A stretch of 63,407 nt of DNA, the filler included, from Chiloscyllium plagiosum (Eukaryota): NCBI RefSeq assembly GCF_004010195.1. It is 7 parts of 7 records of this genome, joined end to end, with 100 filler letters (N's around TTAATTAATTAA, not from the genome) between each part and the next. Parts side by side here need not be neighbours in the genome. Positions count along the whole stretch, not along the records: positions 10,214 to 19,074 come from NC_057734.1; positions 19,175 to 26,267 come from NW_025211098.1; 5 more parts are not named here. One strand, written 5' to 3'. The notes beneath the pieces were generated by a model. The model was given only the letters and a program-made list of their open reading frames with translations. It searched no databases and was not told the origin of the DNA. A program made the position numbers and the translations under genes. Every line of letters starts with the position of its first letter. Position 1 is the first letter of the stretch. Below, piece after piece: positions 11,702 through 23,069 of this stretch.

Positions 11702-12029
11702 CTACACACATTCTTATCTCCTGATGCTCCGGCTGAGGGGAGAGGAGAGGGTCACATGAGTGACGTCACAGGATAAGTGAACATTGGACTCCCAATCGGA
11801 AGGAGAAAGTGTCAGCAGGCTGCTGAGGCTATAGGTGCTGTCTGAAGCTCGCAGGTAGTTGCTTGTCTGAACCCCGTCCGAAATGATTGCACCATTCTTC
11901 TTCCACTGCACTTTCAGCTCTGCGGGATAGAAATGATTGACAAGGCACATCAGAGTGGCAGCACTCTTGGCCTTGACCTGTTCCAGAGAGGGGGTAGCAG
12001 GATCAGCGTGGGCTGAGACCTCTCACGGC
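11702..12029 (-). pseudogene. IGKC: Ig kappa C exon, pseudogene
   Basis: (S)RERSQPTLILLP...AATLMCLVNHFYPAELKVQWKK...LSCDVTH; 328 nt versus 329 in the intact paralog (C5 instead of C6 run at 11990-11994); TCA>TAA at 11714-11716 removes the terminal SECV; AATAAA at 11659-11664. Confidence 0.9.
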
Positions 12030-12053
12030 CTGCAAGACAAAAGAAGCAATTTT

Positions 12054-15000
12054 TTTAAAATAGATATTTTTATTAGATATTTAACATTTTTACAAGTTTA
12101 CAAAATAAACAAAACTCTCAGATATAAACATTGATATACAATTATATACAATAGCCAAAATTTAACAAAAAAAAAACAAAGCAACAAAAAAACCGAAAAG
12201 AAAAAAAAACAGAAAAAAAACAAAGAAAACTCAACTATCTACTAATCTAACCTACAACTAACCAGAGTGTATATTTAAGTCTCTTACATGCTCGGGATGT
12301 GTTAGCATCAGATATAATAAAACCCGTACAAAAAAACCGAAAAGAAAAAAAACAGAAAAAAAAACAAAGAAAACTCAACTATCTACTAATCTAACCTACA
12401 ACTAACCAGAGTGAATATTTAAGTCTCTTACATGCTCGGGATGTGTTAACATCAGATATAATAAAACCCGTATTCGTGCGGGATTCCTCCCCCGAGGGGC
12501 CGCGGACCAGCCAGGTTTGTAATCTCAATTAAATAAATTAGGATAGCCGAAATATCTGTATTTATGTAATTCAAAAGGATTAAATAAATTAGGATAGCCG
12601 AAATATCTGTATTTATGTAATTCAAAAGGGTCTGCCATATTTTATAAAATAATTCGGTCTTTCGGTGCACCATTTTTGTAAGGAAGTCAAGGGGAATACA
12701 TTCCATAAATAGTCTGTGCCAATTTGAAAGTCCAGGGGGGCCCTCAGCCGCCCAGTTCCCCAAAATATTTTTCCTTGCACAGAAAGAAAGAATAGAATAT
12801 AGTCTCTTCCCGTACGTGTCCAGGGAGGGAAAGTTCGAAAAGTCCAAGAGGAGAGATACAGGGTCCACTTTAATTTCCGTTCCTAAAATTTCTGTCAGGG
12901 TACTTGCTACTTTAGTCCAATATCTACGGATCTTATGACAGGTCCATAAGCAATGTACAAGAGTGCCCACCTCTATTTTGCATTTAGGACACATTGGAGA
13001 TGCTCCTGCCTTAAATTTTGCCAATCGAACCAGTGCTATATGGGCCCTATGAAGTATCTTCAGCTGGATAGCCTGGGTTCTGTTACAAATAGTAATTCTT
13101 CTAGCATTTTCCCAAATATCATTCCACGTTTCTATAGAGATTTCTAGTCCCAAATCCTGATCCCATGTTTTAAGCAGATAATCCATATCTCCCGATACTT
13201 CATCATGCAGCAAATGATAAATATTACTGACGGAAGATACCCCCACTGGTCGTAGGACACTACATTCTCTATCGGATTTATAAAGACTATCTAATAACGT
13301 AGTCTTCTTCTGTATAAAATCTCGAATTTGGAAGTATCAAAAGAGGTCTCCATTNNNNNNNNNNNNNNNNNNNNNNNNNNNNNNNNNNNNNNNNNNNNNN
13401 NNNNNNNNNNNNNNNNNNNNNNNNNNNNNNNNNNNNNNNNNNNNNNNNNNNNNNNNNNNNNNNNNNNNNNNNNNNNNNNNNNNNNNNNNNNNNNNNNNNN
13501 NNNNNNNNNNNNNNNNNNNNNNNNNNNNNNNNNNNNNNNNNNNNNNNNNNNNNNNNNNNNNNNNNNNNNNNNNNNNNNNNNNNNNNNNNNNNNNNNNNNN
13601 NNNNNNNNNNNNNNNNNNNNNNNNNNNNNNNNNNNNNNNNNNNNNNNNNNNNNNNNNNNNNNNNNNNNNNNNNNNNNNNNNNNNNNNNNNNNNNNNNNNN
13701 NNNNNNNNNNNNNNNNNNNNNNNNNNNNNNNNNNNNNNNNNNNNNNNNNNNNNNNNNNNNNNNNNNNNNNNNNNNNNNNNNNNNNNNNNNNNNNNNNNNN
13801 NNNNNNNNNNNNNNNNNNNNNNNNNNNNNNNNNNNNNNNNNNNNNNNNNNNNNNNNNNNNNNNNNNNNNNNNNNNNNNNNNNNNNNNNNNNNNNNNNNNN
13901 NNNNNNNNNNNNNNNNNNNNNNNNNNNNNNNNNNNNNNNNNNNNNNNNNNNNNNNNNNNNNNNNNNNNNNNNNNNNNNNNNNNNNNNNNNNNNNNNNNNN
14001 NNNNNNNNNNNNNNNNNNNNNNNNNNNNNNNNNNNNNNNNNNNNNNNNNNNNNNNNNNNNNNNNNNNNNNNNNNNNNNNNNNNNNNNNNNNNNNNNNNNN
14101 NNNNNNNNNNNNNNNNNNNNNNNNNNNNNNNNNNNNNNNNNNNNNNNNNNNNNNNNNNNNNNNNNNNNNNNNNNNNNNNNNNNNNNNNNNNNNNNNNNNN
14201 NNNNNNNNNNNNNNNNNNNNNNNNNTTTTACTTGAGAGGCCTCGATGTCCAACCAGATTGATTGTGGATCAGACAAGGCCCAATCAGCTATATAACTTAA
14301 TAGGGAACTTAATTGATATTTTCTAAAATCTGGGAAGTCCAATCCACCCCTTGCCTGTGGAAGCTGTAGCTTCTTCAGCTTAATGAGGGGCCGCCTATGG
14401 TTCCAGATAAAGGAACTCTGCCAGCCGTATAATTTACATAAAGCTGTCCTCGGCAGCATCACCGGAAGCATTCTCATAGGATATAGGAGATGGGGCAGGA
14501 TATTCATTTTGATTAATGCTATTCTACCCAACCAGGAAATTGGCAGGTCTCCCCATCGCTGGAGGTCCTGCCTTATCCTTTCCAATAAATACACAAAATT
14601 AGCCTTATACAACTGACCAAATACTGGAGTAATGAAAATGCCTAAATATAAGAAACCCTCCAGGGACCAGCGAAAGGGAAAAAGGGAACCGTCCGCTAAG
14701 CGGGGTATCACAGCAAGGCCACCCATTGGCATAGCTTCCGATTTTGAAAAATTAATTTTATAGCCTGAGAATGCACTAAATGTATTAATAACTTGGATTA
14801 AGCGAGGTATGGACATCAATGGGTTACTGAGGAATAGAAGAACGTCATCTGCATAAAGGGTAATTTTATGTTTACCTGTACCAATCCTTGGGGCCACTAT
14901 ATTAGGATCAGCTCGTATAGCTTCTGCTAGTGGTTCAATTATTAGCGTGAATAACAATGGCGAGAGGGGACATCCCTGACGGCAGCCCCTACCCACACTG

Positions 15001-15483
15001 AAGCTATCCGAGCCTAATCCATTGGTAACCACAACTGCTTTGGGATCACTATACAATGTTGAGACCCATTTGGTAAACACCCTGTCCAACGCCAAACCTC
15101 TCCAATGTGTAAAACAAATATGTCCATTCGACCCTATCAAATGCCTTTTCCGCGTCTAATGAAACCACTACGCCTGGTATCTTTCCCTGATGACAAGCTT
15201 GAATCATATTCAGAGCCCTTCTAACATAATTGGATGATCTACGGCCCTTAATAAACCCCGTCTGATCCTCCTTTATAATATGTGGCAGTATCCTTTCTAG
15301 TCTCAGTGCTAACGTTTTAGAGAGGAATTTAAAATCTACATTTAGCAAGGATATTGGTCTGTATGATGTACAATCTTCTGGGTCCTTTCCTTTTTTAAGG
15401 ATAAGAGAGATATTTGCCTCTTTCAGCGAAGGCGGGAGACAGCCCTGACTATATGCATAGTTATACATGTCCATAAGTGGACC
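12054..15483 (-). mobile_element. 5'-truncated L1/Tx1-clade LINE (ORF2 RT to 3' UTR and A tail) with a 14-bp TSD
   Basis: Motifs YRPISLLNVD, SLDAEKAFDRVEW, GCRQGCPLSPLLF, LYADD and a C-terminal CPKC...H...C knuckle; AATAAA and A tail near 12055-12075; AAAGAAGCAATTTT at 12040-12053 and 15484-15497. Confidence 0.92.
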
Positions 15484-16449
15484 AAAGAAGCAATTTTAGT
15501 CTCTGTGTTTGAAAGGTATTTCAATTCTCCGAACAGTAAATTGCAAGACTGTTGGTTTGAATGTTTGTAACTAATATGTACAAAACACAACAAAAGGACA
15601 CTGAAGTCCCCCACCCAGCGTACATTCTGTGCCCTCACATCCTTCAATACTTCCTCGAAGTATTGTTTAATATGAAGAAGAGACTGATTTATCACCGAAG
15701 GGCAGACTGTACATGGGAGGTTTATTGGAATCAGCGGATCAGAGAATCATACAATGATACGATCAAGTATCGAGTATTTCTCACCTCTGGCTCTCCAAAA
15801 GACATTTTCAAACAGTGAAAGACTTCTTTCAAAACCAGCCACTGTTTTAGTGTAAGCAAGTGGCAGCTAGTTTGTACACTGCAAGACCCCACAAGTAGCA
15901 ATGAGGTCATGGAGCAATTTTAGTGATGTTGGTTAAGGGATTTTTAAATATCGACCTGAACGCGACCCCCAAAGAAAACAACTTAGAATACCCTAGGAAA
16001 CGCTGGAACACTGAAAACATTGAATAGAAAGCCCTACTGTAGCTGTTTCCCGTCAGAACTCAGCCAAGAAATAAGCAATGTGTGGACATTATGCACACTA
16101 TTCCATGTGGGAACTTCACGATGGTTCCCAGCTACTGGAGAACAATTTGTATTGGAAGTGTGGTCACTGACAGCCGTTGGAATTGGATTTCAGAGCTTGA
16201 CTAGCAGCTGCTGTCAGTGAGGAGCGTCCATGAGGCGGGGAGTTCCACGGAGAGCAAGTTTCTAGATGTGACCACTCTACAGCCTCAGAGTTAGCAGGGA
16301 GACAGGGAATAGCAGAGCAGCAGACACTTCAAAATGAATAGGTAGTTAGTACAGGAAGCACGTGTGTGCAGTTCGGAAACCTGATAAGGACTCTCGTTTA
16401 ACTGGGGATTGCAGTAACAACCGAGTGACACCATGGGGGAGAGCTGGGG

Positions 16450-18290
16450 GAGACGAAGGAAGATGAAACGACGAGTGACAGAAGATTCGCGAGCAAAAGC
16501 AGTCAATAGGTATTTCTGCAGTATCAGATGGGAACCAAGAGTAGTGTGTTTTCTCCCTGGTTACAAGGTGAAGCCAGTCATTGAGAGGCCCTAAAACAAT
16601 CTAAGGCGAGAATGGGAGCAGCAATAAGGTAAGCAATCATGGTCCACATCTGTCCCAGTGACAGGAGAATAGAGATGTGGTCCTGCAGTTAGAATTTAGG
16701 TAGTTTGGAAGTGTATTCGCATCAAGAAATCAAAAGTTGGAATTTCCAGATAACTCCCAGTGCTCAACGGCAATGTTAATCGGAAGTCGAGGATACAACA
16801 GGTGAATGTGGCTCTAGAAAGATCATCCAGGACGAGGGCATTAGGTTCTTGGAACACTGGCTCTGCCTCTGGGGAGATAGCAAATGGGTTAGACCAGGGT
16901 GGTTGCTCATGAACAGAGTAAGGACTGATATCCATGTGGGTTGTTTTGCTAGTGTTGTTGGAGAGGCTTTATGTGAAATTAACGGGAATATATGGGATCT
17001 AGAAGATTATATCCGAGAGGAATGCCAATGCTTAAAAAAACGGATAGACGGATAGATAGCAGCAGAACGAGGAAAGTAACTTCTTTGGAAAGGTCAGATT
17101 GATGGAGGGTAATAAAGTCTAAATCAGTTAGTCTATTCATGTATGGGACTGCATGAAGTGTCGGAACTAAGACTGGGGAATTGCAGGCACAGATTATAAA
17201 GAGAAATCTGATATTCGGGCTCTAACAAAGACTGGGAACAAAGAAGTGCAGTAGCGAATATTAGATACTCCCGAATACAGCGTGTTCACGAAAGGTAGGA
17301 AAGGGGAAAAAGTGTGAGAGGTGGTGGCACAAGTTAAGGAGATCAGTGCAGAGCTGTAGAAAGAGGATGTCCCAGAGCATGAAGGACATAATCGATTTGA
17401 ATTGAATTAAGAAACAAAACAGATGCAATCAGATTGCTATGTGCAGTCCATAGGTCTGTGTGAAGGATGGAAAGGAAGAAATCTATAAGGAACTTACAGA
17501 GATGTGCAACATGATACAGTCGTTATTATGGGGTCTTTAGTTCTCCGAATATAGACGAGGATAGTCGCTATGTAAATGGCCAGATTGCTTTGTGCAGTCC
17601 ATAGGTCTGTGTGAAGGATGGAAAAGAAGAAATCTACAAGGAATTTACAGAGATGTGCAACATGATACAGTCGTTATTATGGGGTCTTTAGTTCTCCGAA
17701 TATAGACGAGGATAGTCGCTATGTAAATGGCATAGAAGGGCCAGATTTGTGATATTTGTGCAGGTGGACTTTCTCCAACCGTGTGTTTCGTGTCTATTGA
17801 GAAAGGACGCTCCGCTGGACCTGCATTTCAGGAACTAGGAGAGCCAATGACATCAAGTGTCAGTGAGAGACACGTAGGGCAGAGTGATCATTGCACGAGA
17901 AACTTTAAGGTGACCATGGAATAGAACAGATTAAAGTCATGATCATAGAACATACTCCATGGATCTCCTCCTAATGTGTCACACTTTGAAATTGTGGAAT
18001 TTTTATTTAAAATAGTTGGTAGTGCTTTACTAAGCAAATATTCCGCCTCAGTATTTACTGTTGAGAAAGGTATGAAAACAAAGGAATTTCGGGACATAAG
18101 TAGTGATGCCTTGAAAAGCGCCCACGCCACAGAGGAAGAGACGCTGTGATGTGGTCTGGTGGATCTGGGTCATTGGAATGAGCAGACCCAAGTAGATTAA
18201 GTGGCAGTGAAAGGACATTTAGGGATGAATGATCATCATATCACAAGGTTTTGGATTAGAGCGGAAAAGGACAAATGAAATCCAGAGTAA
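16450..18290 (+). mobile_element. Old CR1-type ORF1/endonuclease remnant
   Basis: Reverse-complement similarity to 41600-43000 and 9250-10113 (e.g. gtcagtgagagacacgtagggcagagtgatcattg). Confidence 0.6.
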
Positions 18291-19074
18291 AGTATCACGT
18301 CTCATGGACCACCTCCAAATATCGAACACTTCTAACCTTTTCAATTCAATTCGTAATACAGGAGAGGCAGTGGAATCAAAATCAGGGGAGGTGTGAAAAG
18401 AGAAAACAAGAAAAAATGGATTCTCACTTTTGGAAAACTGAGGCCATGGATTGCAATTAAGACATAAAAGAAGCAAATGTGAGATGAGGAAAAACATTTC
18501 CAGACAGGTGTTAATGTGAGGAATGCACATTAGTGCATTCCTCACCTTTCCATCATGACAGCTTCAATTGAAACTTTTCGAATGGAATGAGAATGTTGCT
18601 TGGAAAGGAACAATTTGCATGGTAACGGGGAGGAGGCAGGAAAATGACAATCAGTGTATTGGTCAGTCAGAGAGACGATTCAAACAGATGGACCGAATGG
18701 CCTCCGTGTGTTTTATGATTGTGTGTTTGAGCAAAGTTAAAGCTCGGGGATGTGGGAGCCGATGCCTTAATGTGATATTCCTGCTGTTGCTGTTTCCGCT
18801 GCTTCTGTTGCAGTTCGGGAAATTACTGACTGACACAGGGAGCCAGAGCTCAAAGTGAACTCTGCCTGGATCCGTCACACTGAGACTTACAGGAGACTAC
18901 TCACTGATTTCACTCCATGCTGCAGGAATTTTGATCACAGGCTGCTAGCAGACAGAGCTCCTCCACATTGTGAGTAAAACTTACTGATTTACATTTTGTT
19001 GCTTAAAGGGGGCATGGAACGCAAGAAACAGAGCTGGACATTCTGTTAGACACAATGCTCCTCATCAACCATTT

Positions 19075-19174
19075 NNNNNNNNNNNNNNNNNNNNNNNNNN
19101 NNNNNNNNNNNNNNNNNNTTAATTAATTAANNNNNNNNNNNNNNNNNNNNNNNNNNNNNNNNNNNNNNNNNNNN
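19075..19174. other. Artificial scaffold-joining spacer
   Basis: 44 N + TTAATTAATTAA + 44 N. Confidence 0.95.
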
Positions 19175-19810
19175 TGAGCATTCTGGGATATGACTATTGC
19201 CTCACACAAGCCCAACCCATTCTGTGTAATCTGTGATGAACAGATTGAACAACTAGAACAAAATTAAAAACATCGCAATAATCTGTGGAAGTTGTACACG
19301 AGGTAATAGGCAATTTAAAGAAATTTACCCTCATCTCCAATCAGCCAGGCTCAGGGGAAGAGATTGCACAGCCCCACGTAGGGAGAGGGTCCTTGTAAAT
19401 AACACACAGAGTCCGATCGTGGGCCAGAGCCTGTGGGAGGCTGACAGAGTGGACACGGACAGACATGGACTACATCCCCCAGAATGCAGCCTGTGATCAA
19501 AATAAATGACCACATGGAACGGGGCTGTCGTTCCAGGACAGTGGGAATGTGAGAGCTGGAATTCTGACCCGGATCAGAGAGCCCGTTCCTTATCTGCTCC
19601 AGGTTGAGGTGTGAGGCAGCCACTGGAGAAAGGGGCAGTGCTGCCTGAGTCTGGGACCCTCTGACAGCACAGGCCGTGGGGATTAGCACCATGTGTAACC
19701 CCCTCACCCTGGGCCTGATACAGGATCCCCATTCACCTTTGGTCATATTGTTTCACAGTTTCAGTTAAGAATTAATTATTGATCATTGATTCTTATTGGG
19801 TTAGTGACAG

Positions 19811-20086
19811 GAATTCACATCTTTCAATGGTTTATTACTGTTGAGGTCAGTGATGGTGGCTCTGTGAAGGGATCGGTGAGATTTGGAGCCAATGGAAAGG
19901 ATTATATTAGTTTAGACCCAGACAGAATGAGATTGATCGTAACCAATCACTTTGCAGTGAAGACAAAAGAGGAATGGGATTCCGATGAATCCTGGAACAA
20001 TTACTGGGAAACACAGCTGCATGGACAGTTTGTTGAGCATTTAAAGAGATATCTGGAAGCTGGAAAGGATTCTTTCACAAGGAAAG
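19811..20086 (+). CDS. MHC class I-like alpha2-domain exon (nonclassical, no cysteines)
   Basis: 276-nt phase-1/phase-1 exon with AG and GT borders; GIHIFQW...NGKDYISLD...AVKTKEEWD...VEHLKRYLEAGKDSFTRK aligns by eye to class I alpha2 (GxHxxQ, DGKDYI, TKxKW, LRRYLENGK). Confidence 0.88.
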
Positions 20087-20267
20087 GTATTGACGATGTT
20101 TCTGTCTTGTCCAGGATTCTAGCACCAGATCTGTCACAGCCCCAGAAATGGGATCTTCAGGAATGACACTGAAGAGTGAAGTCAGGTGTGGGTCAAACCA
20201 ACATTTCAACCAATTTCATCAATTCCCGGTGGGCAAGGCCAGTTAAAATTGTCCCCAATAAATGTCC

Positions 20268-20354
20268 CCTGAAGAAGGGCTAATGCCCGAAACGTCGATT
20301 CTCCTGTTCCCTAGATGCTGCCTGACCTGCTGCGCTTTTCCAGCAACACATTTC
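20268..20354 (+). mobile_element. Penelope-derived short repeat with a hammerhead-like motif
   Basis: CTGAAGA-A-GGGC-TAAT-GCCC-GAAAC-GTC; same family at 47948-48143 and 59370-59467. Confidence 0.7.
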
Positions 20355-20428
20355 CATCCCAAATAACACAGACCTGGGAATGGATTTGGGAACAGAGACA
20401 ATCTTGATATTATTCCAATATGTTTCAG

Positions 20429-20536
20429 AAATCCCAGAAAACAATGTGGGACATTTCCATCTCTTACCTGTGCTTGTATTAGACACTGCAATGGCTGCAA
20501 TATTTGGAATAATCATCTGGAAAAGGCCGTGGAGAG
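20429..20536 (+). CDS. Connecting-peptide/transmembrane exon of the class I-like gene
   Basis: tgtttcAG acceptor and GTAAG donor, 108 nt, phase 1/1; EIPENNVGHFHLLPVLVLDTAMAAIFGIIIWKRPWR (hydrophobic stretch plus basic stop-transfer). Confidence 0.75.
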
Positions 20537-21429
20537 GTAAGAAACAAGGAGTGGAAAATGTAAAACTGAGGGGTCAGGGTGGTTGTGGGGAATATCCAGG
20601 ATACAAAACAAAGTGAATGAGTTGAGTTTGTAGCGCAGGTTGAAATCAGTAGGTATATGGTTCTGGGCATCACAGAGACATNNNNNNNNNNNNNNNNNNN
20701 NNNNNNNNNNNNNNNNNNNNNNNNNNNNNNNNNNNNNNNNNNNNNNNNNNNNNNNNNNNNNNNNNNNNNNNNNNNNNNNNNNNNNNNNNNNNNNNNNNNN
20801 NNNNNNNNNNNNNNNNNNNNNNNNNNNNNNNNNNNNNNNNNNNNNNNNNNNNNNNNNNNNNNNNNNNNNNNNNNNNNNNNNNNNNNNNNNNNNNNNNNNN
20901 NNNNNNNNNNNNNNNNNNNNNNNNNNNNNNNNNNNNNNNNNNNNNNNNNNNNNNNNNNNNNNNNNNNNNNNNNNNNNNNNNNNNNNNNNNNNNNNNNNNN
21001 NNNNNNNNNNNNNNNNNNNNNNNNNNNNNNNNNNNNNNNNNNNNNNNNNNNNNNNNNNNNNNNNNNNNNNNNNNNNNNNNNNNNNNNNNNNNNNNNNNNN
21101 NNNNNNNNNNNNNNNNNNNNNNNNNNNNNNNNNNNNNNNNNNNNNNNNNNNNNNNNNNNNNNNNNNNNNNNNNNNNNNNNNNNNNNNNNNNNNNNNNNNN
21201 NNNNNNNNNNNNNNNNNNNNNNNNNNNNNNNNNNNNNNNNNNNNNNNNNNNNNNNNNNNNNNNNNNNNNNNNNNNNNNNNNNNNNNNNNNNNNNNNNNNN
21301 NNNNNAATGTGAGAGACAAGAGTGGCCTTTGGATCACTGGACGCTGAGGCTGGAGGAACAGTAATGAGGCACAAGGAAATGGTGGGGGAACTGAATAGAT
21401 ACTTTGCATCAGGCTTCCCAACGAAAGGC

Positions 21430-22090
21430 TCGACCCTCTCCACCTCAGCTCTGTTAATGTAGATAAGGGCATGTCCTCCTCCCTGCTTCAGGAAGTCAAT
21501 GATCAGCTCATTAGTTTTGCCAACATTGAGAGAGGGAATGTTATCATTGCACCATGGCACTGAGCACTCTAACTCCTTCCTGTGTTCGGACTCCCCACTG
21601 TTTGATACCCATCCTACCACGGTGGTGTCATCAGCAAATGTGCAGATGGCGTTTGTTGGGAATTTGGTAACACAGCTATGGGGGTGCAGGGAGTATGGTA
21701 GAGGACTGAGTACGCATCATTGTGGGGTGTCAGTGTTAAGGATTATCATGGAGGAGGTGCTGTTATCTATCTTCACTGATTGTGGTCTGTAGGTCAGGAA
21801 GCTGAGGGTGGGGCGGGTTATGGTGTTTAAGGAGGAGCTGTAGTCATAGGTGTCCTTACTGTCCAGATGTTCCAGGGATGAGTGTCGGGCTACGGAAATG
21901 CATCCGCTGTGGACCTGTTTGCTGGTAGGCAAATTGGAGGGGATTAAGAGGGAGACTAAAGTTGGTGTGAGTCATAACCAGCCTCTCGAGCACTTCATGA
22001 TGATGGAGGTCAGAGCCACTGGGCAGTCCACATTAAGGCACATTGTGTGGGTTTTCCTTGGCACTGGAGTGATGGTGGTCTTCTTGAAGC
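21430..22090 (-). mobile_element. Rex1/Babar-like LINE RT remnant
   Basis: WCNDNIPSLNVGKTNELIIDF...IYINRAEVERVE, LEHLDSKDTY, RPQSVKIDNSTSSMIILNT. Confidence 0.65.
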
Positions 22091-22118
22091 AGTAACATGG
22101 GTTGGGAAATGGTTAACA

Positions 22119-22412
22119 ATGGTTAGCACTGCTGCCTCACAGCGCCAGAGACCCGGGTTCAATTCCCGCCTCAGGCGACTGACTGTGTGGAGTTTGCACA
22201 TTCTCCCCGTGTCTGCGTGGGTTTCCTCCGGGTGCTCCGGTTTCCTCCCACAGTCCAAAGATGTGCAGGGTCAGGTGAATTGGCCATACTAAATTGCCCG
22301 TAGTGTTAGGTGAGGGGTAAATGTAGGGATATGGGTGGGTTTCGCTTCGGCGGGTCGGTGTGGACTTGTTGGGCCGAAGGGCCTGTTTCCACACTGTAAT
22401 CTAGTCTAATCA
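22119..22412 (+). mobile_element. tRNA-derived V-SINE (HE1-like)
   Basis: A/B boxes (tggttagcactg...gggttcaattccc), V-domain tgtgtggagtttgcacattctccccgtgtctgcgtgggtttcctccggg, CR1-like tail gggcctgtttccacactgtaatcta. Confidence 0.88.
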
Positions 22413-22994
22413 TAATCTAAACACCCCTGTTCAAAAGCAAAAGAAAGAAATACTTGGCCCTTTAGCCTGCCCTTGGCCATTGGTGAGATTTGAGAGTCTA
22501 TAATGAAGGATGAGAATGTGGAGTATTGGAAGTGAAGGTAAAGTAAGGCTGAGCCAGCAGGTCTGACAGATCCGTTAGAATTCTTCGAGGAGGTAATGAG
22601 CAAGTTTGACAAGGAGAGGCAGTGAATCTATTTGGATTTCTAGAAGACCTTTGACAAGGTGCCACACAGATGGCTGCTCAAGACAACAAGAGCCCACCCT
22701 GTTAGGGGCAAGGTACTGGCACGGGTACAGGATTGGCTGACTGGCAGAAGGCAGAGAGTAGGGATAAAGGGATCTTTTTAAGGATGGTATAATTCTGTAG
22801 GACTCAGTGTTGGGACCACAACTGTTCACGTTGTACAATAAAAGGATCTGGATAAAGGTAAACAATCAGTGGAGATATAGCCCCAAAGAGAGAGAAAACC
22901 AGTTGTACAGACAAAGGAGTGGATAACAGAGCCTGGGAGAATGGGTCACTGCTAATGGGGATTATTAATGGCTGACAAGGGTTGTGGCCAATAG

Positions 22995-22996
<2 letters not shown>

Positions 22997-23056
<60 letters not shown>
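22997..23056. repeat. (GT)30 microsatellite
   Basis: Read directly from the sequence. Confidence 0.95.
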
Positions 23057-23059
<3 letters not shown>

Positions 23060-23069
23060 AAACATGGGG

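Noticed and set aside
7465-12029. J1 and the minus-strand C as an inverted V-J-C cluster
   Set aside because: Separated by a spacer; the C has its own J-proximal intron block at 18740-19074 and so belongs to another cluster
19175-19810. Search for the class I alpha1 exon
   Set aside because: No alpha1-like frame recognised; it presumably lies beyond the scaffold end
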